NCBI GenBank assembly: GCA_039179045.1
Contig: JBCDEZ010000018.1
Location: 1-25,800, forward strand
Length of the DNA: 25,800 nt
Source of the DNA: Chlamydiota bacterium
GTDB taxonomy: Bacteria; Chlamydiota; Chlamydiia; Chlamydiales; SM23-39
Direction of reading: 5' to 3'
Below, one piece after another: positions 16,381 through 24,186 of the stretch. Every line of letters starts with the position of its first letter. Within the stretch, counting starts at the first letter, position 1. The notes beneath the pieces are model-generated. The model saw only the letters and a list, made by a program, of their open reading frames with translations. It had not been told where the DNA came from and made no database searches. The translations under genes were made by a program, and so were the position numbers.

Positions 16381-17005
16381 GATTCTCCCACAATTTGCGG
16401 TCAATGTACTGCACCATTTCTGCAAAAGAATAGTCGGAAATGTCGACCCCATCGACAAATACTCCTGGAGTGGCCACTCGGTTTTGCATCGCGAGCTCTG
16501 CTGTGGCAAAATTTCTCGTAAGGATTGCGCGGCTATCCAAAGAGATTGCAGCTTGTTGCAAAGCAGGCAAAGAGAGATCAGGAATTCTCCCGGCTTCTTG
16601 CAAGAGCTCTTCAACCGTTTTTCCTCGGTACGTTCCCCTGTTTGCGTACAAAAGATCGATATAGGCAAAAAAGGAGGATGGCTTGACTTCGTGAACCGCA
16701 AGCGCTGCATGCGCTATTTCCCGAGATCCAGGCAAAAAAGCTAAGGGAACGACTTGGTAGCGAACTTTCCCTGTGAGAATATAACGCTTTTTCAAGCGAG
16801 GATAGACCTTTTCGTGAAAATGCTGGCAACCAGGACAAAGAAAGTCTTGAAACGTCACAAGACAAAGGGGGCCTTCTCCTAGAGAGGGTGCGTCTGCAAC
16901 GTCAAAAACAACGGGGGAAGGAGCGCGTGTCTTGTGGTAATCTACGTAGTAATATAAGCCGTATCCTACTGCAAATAGGGTGAAAATAACGAGCAACTGG
17001 CGCAT
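16370..17005 (-). CDS. dsbA: DsbA-family thioredoxin-fold oxidoreductase (BdbD/Thioredoxin_4 type) with N-terminal membrane anchor
   Basis: N-terminal TM segment; FQDFLCPGCQHFH (CxxC); GKVRY; cis-Pro loop VATPGVFVDG; directly upstream of dsbB. Confidence 0.85.
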   Translation of the reverse strand: MRQLLVIFTLFAVGYGLYYYVDYHKTRAPSPVVFDVADAPSLGEGPLCLVTFQDFLCPGCQHFHEKVYPRLKKRYILTGKVRYQVVPLAFLPGSREIAHAALAVHEVKPSSFFAYIDLLYANRGTYRGKTVEELLQEAGRIPDLSLPALQQAAISLDSRAILTRNFATAELAMQNRVATPGVFVDGVDISDYSFAEMVQYIDRKLWENRAQ

Positions 17006-17071
17006 ATTTTCCCTGATAGTCTATGGAAAGATTATTTCGCAAACTTTAAGCGAACGCCAAAGGAGCGTGCC

Positions 17072-18265
17072 CTATTTCGAAAGACGCAAGAAAAGGTGCC
17101 CTATCTGGGCGAGAATCCCTATACTCACAATTGTCACTAAAAAGAGAAGAGCGTTCCGAGAAACCGCGATCACTCTTTCCCTCTCTTTTCTCCTATAGCG
17201 GGAGATGAGCACCATCATTGTAGGAAATAAGACAAGAAGGATTGAGCAACCAAATCCCCCCGCATAGTCCAAAGCGCGCAAAAAAATAGCAGGATCGAAA
17301 AGAGCGATCAATGTAGGAGGCAAAAAGGCAAGACAGGAGAGCACCATTTTCCCATACACCGTCTTTTGGATGCGCAATCCGTCCGAAAGAAAATCGAGAA
17401 GACCCATATTGACTCCAAGAAAGGAGGTAGCAATGGCACAAAAAGCAAACCCTTCTCCCATTAAGTAGACAGGACCTGGGATTCGTTGATAGCGCAGAGG
17501 CTGAATTGCGCTTTTCCCTAACGCCTTGGCTTGCTCTAGACCATGCTCCCCTCCAAAGGGGATAATCCCTAAGATCAGGGCTTGCCAGAGGACGTAAACA
17601 AAAAAGACCAGGCTTGTCCCACACACAATCGCGCTCTTCACCGCCCTGTGATCCCGTTGCAAATAACTGACTAAACTAGGAACCGTTCCCTGGTAGCTAA
17701 ATGCAGTAAAAATCACAGGAAGAGCTGGTAGTGCAGCGAAAAAATCACTACGCGCCAGATAGTCGAAATGCACTCGATTAGATCCAAGCAGCAAAAAACC
17801 TCCGTAAGCGACAAAAAGGCCTAGCATGAGAAGTTCGTTGATTGCATCGACAGCGGAGGCTCCCAAAAAGCAGATCCCCCCGAAAAGTAGCAGAAACACA
17901 AGAGATCCCCAAAAAGGAGATGTGAACAAAATAGGAGACAGAAATTGCCCTCCTAGCGAGATATAGGCCGTAGAAAGGGCATAAAATAAGAACAAATACA
18001 GTACCCAAGAGGCGATTTTTCCCGGCCTTCCCAAATACCTTTTTGCCATCGATACGAGGTTACTCCCTTCAGGCATCTTCAAGGAAATCTCTACGAAAAA
18101 TAGACCCGAAAGGGTCATCAAGGCCCAACAAAAAGTGTAGACTAACAGGGCAGGAAAAAACCCCCCTCGCGCCGTGACAACCGGCAGGGCCAGCATGCCC
18201 GCTCCAATAGAGGTGCCTGCTACGATCAACGCGGATCCGAATACTTTTCTTTTTGCAACACTCAT
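17072..18265 (-). CDS. tyrP: Aromatic amino acid permease (TyrP/Mtr/TnaB, HAAAP family)
   Basis: FGSALIVAGTSIGAGMLALP, LFLFYALSTAY, LPVIFTAFSYQGTVPSL, AIATSFLGV...DFLSDG, IFLRALDYAGG; about 11 TM segments. Substrate specificity cannot be determined from sequence. Confidence 0.88.
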   Translation of the reverse strand: MSVAKRKVFGSALIVAGTSIGAGMLALPVVTARGGFFPALLVYTFCWALMTLSGLFFVEISLKMPEGSNLVSMAKRYLGRPGKIASWVLYLFLFYALSTAYISLGGQFLSPILFTSPFWGSLVFLLLFGGICFLGASAVDAINELLMLGLFVAYGGFLLLGSNRVHFDYLARSDFFAALPALPVIFTAFSYQGTVPSLVSYLQRDHRAVKSAIVCGTSLVFFVYVLWQALILGIIPFGGEHGLEQAKALGKSAIQPLRYQRIPGPVYLMGEGFAFCAIATSFLGVNMGLLDFLSDGLRIQKTVYGKMVLSCLAFLPPTLIALFDPAIFLRALDYAGGFGCSILLVLFPTMMVLISRYRRKERERVIAVSRNALLFLVTIVSIGILAQIGHLFLRLSK

Positions 18266-18369
18266 CTGCTTTGTATCTTACGGCAGGCTTTCTCTTAATT
18301 GCACGAAAATTTTGCACTCCTTTTTGTAAGCAAATATTTTCCAAAACTGGTCTGGGAAAAGTGGAGAAC

Positions 18370-18398
18370 TAGACAGATTTTCTGCAAGCTGTTAGAGT
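18370..18398 (+). promoter_or_regulatory. Putative promoter for pcnB-lpxB
   Basis: TAGACA (18370-18375), 17-nt spacer containing an extended TG, TAGAGT (18393-18398). Confidence 0.5.
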
Positions 18399-18431
18399 GA
18401 AAAACCAGGACTTCTTTTTACCCCCCGTTTC

Positions 18432-19637
18432 TTGATTTTGAAGCCAAGTTTATATCATTTAGAAGAACAGTGTCTCTCCCCCGAAGTCGATCCGCATGCG
18501 CAACTGATCGTGCGTACCTTGCGCGATCACGGCTTTTCCGCGTATATTGTTGGAGGGTGGGTGCGCGATTTCCTTTTAGGAGTAGAGGCAAAAGACTGCG
18601 ATATTTCCACCAACGCAAGACCTGAGGAGATCAAAGCTCTTTTCCCAAGCTGCATTCTGATCGGAAGACGCTTTCGCCTAGCACATGTCCGTTTCAAGAA
18701 AAAGATCTTCGAGGTAGCTACGTTCCGTTCTGGGGACAGCAACGACTCGTCTTTGATTATCCAAGACAACAACTACGGAACAGAAGAAGAGGATGTCTTG
18801 CGACGGGATTTTACCATCAACGGCCTTCTCTATGACGATCTTGACAACATAGTCATCGATTATGTAGGGGGATACCTCGATGCGAAAAACGGCATACTCC
18901 GTACTATTGGAGATCCAGAAGTACGCTTTTCTCAGGATCCAGTGCGCATGCTACGTCTCTTGAAATTTGAAGCGCGCTTTTCCCTATCGGTCGATCCAAA
19001 AACACGAGACGCTCTTCGAGCTTGCAAAGATGCGATCACAAATAGCTCGCAAGCACGGATACTCGAAGAGATCCTGCGGATGCTCGAGTCACGTAGCGCA
19101 CGACCCTTTTTCGAGAACCTAGCAAAACACGGCCTACTCCCCCGTCTGCTTCCTGCTCTTCCCGAAAACCTACATGCCTATATTTTTCAGTTTTTAGGTA
19201 TAGCAGATCGAGAAGAGAAGAGAAGTGACCTTGCCCGACCACTTCTTATGTCTTGTGTTGTATACCCCTACTTCGTTTTTGCAATAGAAAAGGCCGCGCA
19301 AAAACAAGTTCTGAATCTCCAAGAAGTCTCCTCTTTGGCAAACCAGGCAATCGATGAGCTATTCGCTCCTTTTTTTCAAATTCCTCGGAAAATGAAACGA
19401 TCTATCCGCTACATACTCACCGCACAGTGTCGCTTCACGCCCCTGCGCGAAAGAGCGGGAAAAAAGTTTCGGATCCCTTTCGACGAAGATCTCCTTTATG
19501 CCTTGAAATTTTTTGCCCTTCGCACGCACCTGCAACCCGAGTTGAAAAAGACCTATCAGGTGGTATCGGAAGTGGCTAAGAAGGTCTCCTCTCGCCCCCC
19601 GAAACCGACCAGGCCTCGCCGTGCCCGCTCCCGTTGA
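18432..19637 (+). CDS. pcnB: Poly(A) polymerase I
   Basis: Class II nucleotidyltransferase motifs GGWVRD...KDCDISTN, EVATFR, EDVLRRDFTIN, QDPVRMLR, plus the PAP-specific signature LIGRRFRLAHVRF and an Arg-rich C-terminus. Start is TTG 18432 or 18438. Confidence 0.93.
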   Translation: MILKPSLYHLEEQCLSPEVDPHAQLIVRTLRDHGFSAYIVGGWVRDFLLGVEAKDCDISTNARPEEIKALFPSCILIGRRFRLAHVRFKKKIFEVATFRSGDSNDSSLIIQDNNYGTEEEDVLRRDFTINGLLYDDLDNIVIDYVGGYLDAKNGILRTIGDPEVRFSQDPVRMLRLLKFEARFSLSVDPKTRDALRACKDAITNSSQARILEEILRMLESRSARPFFENLAKHGLLPRLLPALPENLHAYIFQFLGIADREEKRSDLARPLLMSCVVYPYFVFAIEKAAQKQVLNLQEVSSLANQAIDELFAPFFQIPRKMKRSIRYILTAQCRFTPLRERAGKKFRIPFDEDLLYALKFFALRTHLQPELKKTYQVVSEVAKKVSSRPPKPTRPRRARSR

Positions 19638-20751
19638 CCTCATGATCCTTGCCGGCGAACCGAGTGGAGATGCCCATGGCCAGCAGTTGATCCAAGAACT
19701 CTTTGCAACCCATCCCGACCTAAAAATCGCCGTCGTAGGTGGAGAAAAAATGCGCTCTCAGCCAGTAGAGCTTCTGTTTCCCATGGAAAAATTGTGCGCG
19801 ATGGGCTTTTTCGATCTTCTCCCTGCACTTCCAAGACTCGCCTACTACTTCTACAAACTCCGCAGACTCATTTTTGAGAGGAGACCGAAGGCTGTTGTCT
19901 GCATCGACTATCCAGGATTCCATCTACGTCTCCAAAACTCTCTTCGCAAAGGAGGTTACCAGGGCAAGCTCATTCACTACATTTGCCCCTCTGTCTGGGC
20001 CTGGTCGAAGGGGCGCATCAGATTGATGGAGCAGAATCTCGATCTCCTCCTCACCATTTTCCCTTTTGAAGTTTCTCTATTTGCCACCACCTCGCTAAAA
20101 ACCGTTTACGTGGGAAATCCCTCTTGCAAAGAGCTCGCAAAAAAATGCAAAAAACCATACTCCTTGGATCGATCCTCCCGCACTACAAAGACTATAGGCA
20201 TTTTTCCCGGAAGTCGCAAAAAAGAGATCAGGAGAAACCTCCCCTGGCAAATCGCGGCAGCCCAAGAATTCGATGCCGTACCAATCGTCTCTTGCGCAGA
20301 GGAAAAAATGCTGCCCTTCTTGCATTCCTTGCTAGGCAAGATCTCTCCTTCCATAAAAATCGTCCCTCCTGAAAAGCGGCACGAGCTTATGCAAAGTGTA
20401 GATTGCGCGTTTGCCACATCAGGTACAGTCACCTTGGAGCTCGCTCTTTGCAACACACCGACTGTTGTAACCTTCGCGATTGCTACACGGGACTACCTTC
20501 TTGCTACAAAAATTTTGGGAATCGATTTGCCCTTTTACTGTATAGTGAATATTTTGCAAAATGAGGAGGTCTTTCCCGAGCTGTTTGGTCCTAATCTCAC
20601 CAAAGCCCGGATCAAATACTTCACACGCCACTGGCTTGCCAACGAAGAAAAACTGGAAAAGTGTCGCAAACAACTGAGGCTATTGCATTCTTGCCTGGAA
20701 ACAACCCAGAGTACAGCTTCCAAGGAAATCCTTTTAGAGATTGGACTATAA
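19621..20751 (+). CDS. lpxB: Lipid-A-disaccharide synthase
   Basis: AGEPSGD, IDYPGFH, HYICPSVWAW, IFPFE, YVGNP, FPGSRKKEI, SGTVTLELAL, FPEL; GTG start overlaps the pcnB stop. Confidence 0.96.
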   Translation: MPAPVDLMILAGEPSGDAHGQQLIQELFATHPDLKIAVVGGEKMRSQPVELLFPMEKLCAMGFFDLLPALPRLAYYFYKLRRLIFERRPKAVVCIDYPGFHLRLQNSLRKGGYQGKLIHYICPSVWAWSKGRIRLMEQNLDLLLTIFPFEVSLFATTSLKTVYVGNPSCKELAKKCKKPYSLDRSSRTTKTIGIFPGSRKKEIRRNLPWQIAAAQEFDAVPIVSCAEEKMLPFLHSLLGKISPSIKIVPPEKRHELMQSVDCAFATSGTVTLELALCNTPTVVTFAIATRDYLLATKILGIDLPFYCIVNILQNEEVFPELFGPNLTKARIKYFTRHWLANEEKLEKCRKQLRLLHSCLETTQSTASKEILLEIGL

Positions 20752-20769
20752 TCCGATTTTCTGTATCAT
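20741..20769 (+). promoter_or_regulatory. Putative promoter for yceD-rpmF-plsX
   Basis: TTGGAC (20741-20746), 17-nt spacer, TATCAT (20764-20769), overlapping the end of lpxB. Confidence 0.45.
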
Positions 20770-20803
20770 AGTGAAGAATTTCAGTAGATGTTGGATGCGT
20801 TCT

Positions 20804-21304
20804 ATGAGTGACCTTTTTACGATCTACATCGATCGTTTGAAAGGCGCGGAGGTGGAGCCTATCTCGGGTTCTCTTGCTCCTGACTTTCTCGACTGCCATG
20901 AGCAAGAGGTACAGTTTTCTTCCCCGGTTTTTATTGAAGGGAAGGCCTATCTGGCTGAGGATCACCTGGTGATTTGTCTGAGCGCAAAAACTAAGGTGAG
21001 CCTGCTCTGTTCCATATGCAACCAGATGTTCCATATGCCTTTGGAATTGAATGGCTGCTATTTGACCCAGCCTTTGCAAGAGTGTAGAAGCTCTTTGTAT
21101 GATTTTCGCGAAGCACTCCGAGAGCAAATCCTTCTCGAAGTTCCCCCTTACGCAGAGTGCTTAGGAGGGTGTCGCGAGAGAAGGTCTGTGAACGCATTCA
21201 TCAAAAATTGTGATCATTCCGACAAAGAAAAAAAACACTTTCCTTTTGCTTGTTTGGATGATTGGAAAGAGATAGGAGAAAATGATGGCCGTACCAAGAA
21301 ATAG
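20804..21304 (+). CDS. yceD: YceD/DUF177 family protein (23S rRNA accumulation)
   Basis: CSIC, DFREALREQILLEVP...C...C, HFPFACL; canonical position upstream of rpmF-plsX. ATG 20804 preferred over TTG 20741. Confidence 0.85.
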   Translation: MSDLFTIYIDRLKGAEVEPISGSLAPDFLDCHEQEVQFSSPVFIEGKAYLAEDHLVICLSAKTKVSLLCSICNQMFHMPLELNGCYLTQPLQECRSSLYDFREALREQILLEVPPYAECLGGCRERRSVNAFIKNCDHSDKEKKHFPFACLDDWKEIGENDGRTKK

Positions 21305-21458
21305 AACATCTAATGCCAGAAAAAATTCCCGCAGATCGCACCATGCAAAACGACCTGTCGTTTTGTCCGCCTGCCCCAACTGCGGAGCGATGAGACAATC
21401 GCACCATATCTGCAGAAGCTGTGGTTACTACCGATCTCGCGCAATCTTGCAAAAGTAG
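21285..21458 (+). CDS. rpmF: 50S ribosomal protein bL32 (Zn-ribbon type)
   Basis: Hand translation: MAVPRNRTSNARKNSRRSHHAKRPVVLSACPNCGAMRQSHHICRSCGYYRSRAILQK* (57 aa); AGGAGA Shine-Dalgarno at 21274-21279; not in the ORF track. Confidence 0.97.
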   Translation: MAVPRNRTSNARKNSRRSHHAKRPVVLSACPNCGAMRQSHHICRSCGYYRSRAILQK

Positions 21459-21483
21459 CATGTAGATTGGGAGCGAAAAGCAG

Positions 21484-22455
21484 TTGTCTTCTGCAAGCAT
21501 CGGCATCGATCTCATGGGATCTGACGTAGATCCTCCAACTCTTTTGGAGTCTGCTCTTACCTTCATGCAAGAGAGGTCTTTGCTCTGTTGCTTGCATTTT
21601 TTCGGCTCCAAAGAACTCCATCCCTTCTTTCTTGAAAAGGTGCAGGGCCTTCCCCTGCAACCCCGTGTTTTTTACCACCCTTGCGCCGATGTGATCTCTA
21701 TGCAAGACCCTCCTATACGCTCTGTTCTGCGCAAACGGCACTCTTCTCTTTGTCAGTCGTTTTTCTCTCTGCGCAAGGGGCAGATCGGCGGTCTCATCTC
21801 TTGCGCAAATACGGGCGCTCTTGTCTCTGCCGCCAAGCTGTTTTTACCTAGTATGCCCCGGATCAGTAGGCCAGCGCTCTGCGCAATCATCCCCACAAAA
21901 CAACGCCCCATCGCACTCCTCGACGTGGGGGCAAATACCTCTTTGCGAAGAGGACACATGCTCCAGTTAGCTCTGATGGGGGCTGCGTACCAAAAAGCGT
22001 GCGGCATCCATTCTCCCAAAGTCGCCTTGCTCAACATAGGGCAAGAGGCATCCAAAGGGGGCGCTTTGCTACAACGCTGCTACCAACAGCTGCGCGATCA
22101 AGAAGAGCTCTTCTCTTTTGTGGGGAACCTCGAACCGCAAGGATTTTTTGAAGGGGACGGTACAGCAGACGTGGTGGTAACAGACGGCGTCCTAGGAAAT
22201 ATTTTTCTCAAAACAGCAGAAGCTGTAATTGAATGCGTAGAAGATATCTTGCGACAAGAGAAAACTGTACCTCCGATCCACGCCCTTGCACGCTTTTTTA
22301 CCTCGCGGGCTCCAGGCGCACTACTTCTCGGAGTCAAAAAACTGATCATTAAGTGTCATGGGCACACCTCAATTGCAGGGGTACTTGCCTCGATTGAAGC
22401 GCTGCTGGAGATGCTAGACAACCGACTCTTAGAGAAAATGGAAGCAGCTCTTTGA
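21484..22455 (+). CDS. plsX: Phosphate acyltransferase PlsX
   Basis: GIDLMGSD, SCANTGAL, ISRPAL, LLDVGAN, LLNIGQEASKG, FVGNLE, DVVVTDGVLGNIFLKTAE, GALLLGV...IKCHG; follows rpmF. Confidence 0.96.
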   Translation: MSSASIGIDLMGSDVDPPTLLESALTFMQERSLLCCLHFFGSKELHPFFLEKVQGLPLQPRVFYHPCADVISMQDPPIRSVLRKRHSSLCQSFFSLRKGQIGGLISCANTGALVSAAKLFLPSMPRISRPALCAIIPTKQRPIALLDVGANTSLRRGHMLQLALMGAAYQKACGIHSPKVALLNIGQEASKGGALLQRCYQQLRDQEELFSFVGNLEPQGFFEGDGTADVVVTDGVLGNIFLKTAEAVIECVEDILRQEKTVPPIHALARFFTSRAPGALLLGVKKLIIKCHGHTSIAGVLASIEALLEMLDNRLLEKMEAAL

Positions 22456-23276
22456 AGCATTGCTATCTCAGATCCACTCGTTTTTCGCTGCAATGGATGA
22501 ACTGGTGCATTTTCTTGCTCCTCCAAACTTCGCGAAAAATACCTCATTGGTAGCATCACCTAGATTCAATCCGAATAAGGAAAGGGCTCCTTTCTTAGAT
22601 CCAAAATAGCGCAATCAAAGAACAAGCAATCTTATACCGCTATAACCTTCAATGAGGAATTTCTAAAGTTTTTGCATAGGGAATTCAATCCACTCCCCCG
22701 GGTCTATATTTTTTCATTGAGCTATTTCTTCTCTTTGTGTGAAAATTCGCATGCGAAAAATGGAGCTAAATCCATGTTTTGGAATGCAATTTTTATAACT
22801 AAGGTAGAATACAGATACGCATCCGAAGATATCTCAGAGTGGGTACAACACAACATGAGGACCGGGAATATCAATAGAGTGACTCTCGCATATTCCCAAG
22901 AATTCTGCTCCTATGAATCCTCCTGTATTATCCAGAAAGGTTCTAAGAGCCTTGCACATGGGTGAAAAGGATTTATGAGGAATTTTACTTTCTTTTCTCA
23001 TATCAATGGAATACCGGCTGCTGTTTACTATTCTTTGTTTGAAGCAAAATATAATACAAAAGAAGAGAAGAATCTATCACTATCTTAATCTTAACTTATG
23101 GGGGTAACCCGCTCTATGAAGATCAAGGAATTTTTTAACGCACAACAGCTTATCCGCAACGCAATCACAGTGAGTATTTTTCATGAGTCTCTAAAGTGCG
23201 GGAGGGATTTCTTGTTCTTCTCTTCCGTCAATACTGCATCTTGCCTGATTGATAGAAAATTTTTACCGGTGTACAA

Positions 23277-23984
23277 ATGAATACTTGCAACACATGTCTC
23301 TCTTTTCTCATGCCCGCGTGCTACTCCGAAGATGCGGCCCTACAGATACAAATCGAACGAATCGCCTCTGCATGGAATAAAGCAACGCTTCTTGCCCTAA
23401 AATTCCTATTTTCATGCCTGATTCCTCTCTATTACTACCGATCATGGAACGACCCGGATGATTTTCCCAAGTATCTCATGGCGCTTCCTATCTTGTTCGA
23501 TCGTAGCGTCACCCTTTTTTGCATATACCATGAAAAGCAGGTCATTTGCGCCATCATTGCCCTGCAAAGGTTGTATGATCCACAAAGAGGGCATTGCGGA
23601 CATTTTTTCTCTACCTACTCTTTGCTATCGATCAGCCCTACCAAGGAGCAACTACTCTTGCAGATGCGCACGATAAACCAGGCAGATGGGGAGCGATACG
23701 AAGCCATATGGAATACAAGATTGCCCGATTTACAGAGGAACTACGCTCTTTGGCATATACTTTGCTGCACTCTATCGCACGTCACGGAATGTATCGCCAC
23801 GATCTTGTTTGTATGCACTCCTCGAAAGCAGGAACGCGGTATGGATACTGTGCAAAAAATCTGGATTTTGTTGGTACTGGTCTGCTTGAATATTACCCGG
23901 GTTTTTGAGTGCCTAATGGCACGCAACTACTCGCAATTTGCGGGCACGGTATATGCAGAGTTGAGAGAGCTTCCAGCAGGATAA
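23277..23984 (+). CDS. Hypothetical Cys-rich four-TM membrane protein (235 aa), orphan
   Basis: Long ATG ORF with two hydrophobic hairpins: TLLALKFLFSCLIPLYYY / YLMALPILFDRSVTLFCIY and YALWHILCCTLSHVTECIATILFVCT / IWILLVLVCLNITRVFECLMA. Confidence 0.7.
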   Translation: MNTCNTCLSFLMPACYSEDAALQIQIERIASAWNKATLLALKFLFSCLIPLYYYRSWNDPDDFPKYLMALPILFDRSVTLFCIYHEKQVICAIIALQRLYDPQRGHCGHFFSTYSLLSISPTKEQLLLQMRTINQADGERYEAIWNTRLPDLQRNYALWHILCCTLSHVTECIATILFVCTPRKQERGMDTVQKIWILLVLVCLNITRVFECLMARNYSQFAGTVYAELRELPAG

Positions 23985-24186
23985 GAGGCTTCAGCAAAAA
24001 AATGATTTCTTTGCAGTCGAGTCTTCCGAGTCTTTCCTTTTGCGGATTCAAAAATATCGAGCCTAAAATATTTCATTAATCATGAAAGACTTTCCTGCTT
24101 ATTTACTAAAATATACTTTTAATAAGAAAGTATCTACAATGCTTCGAAAAAAAAATTTGTTGAAATTTTATCGGCAATAAGCCAAA

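Noticed and set aside
16381..16710. 110-aa N-terminal extension of dsbB in the ORF track
   Set aside because: Lies wholly inside dsbA in another frame; GTG 16380 has a good Shine-Dalgarno sequence and gives a normal-length DsbB.
22456..23276. Degenerate DnaA-box-like 9-mers (TTATCCAGA, TTATCCGCA, ATTTTCACA on the minus strand) suggesting oriC
   Set aside because: All are mismatched and scattered, with no perfect box, no clear unwinding element and no dnaA/dnaN/gidA context.
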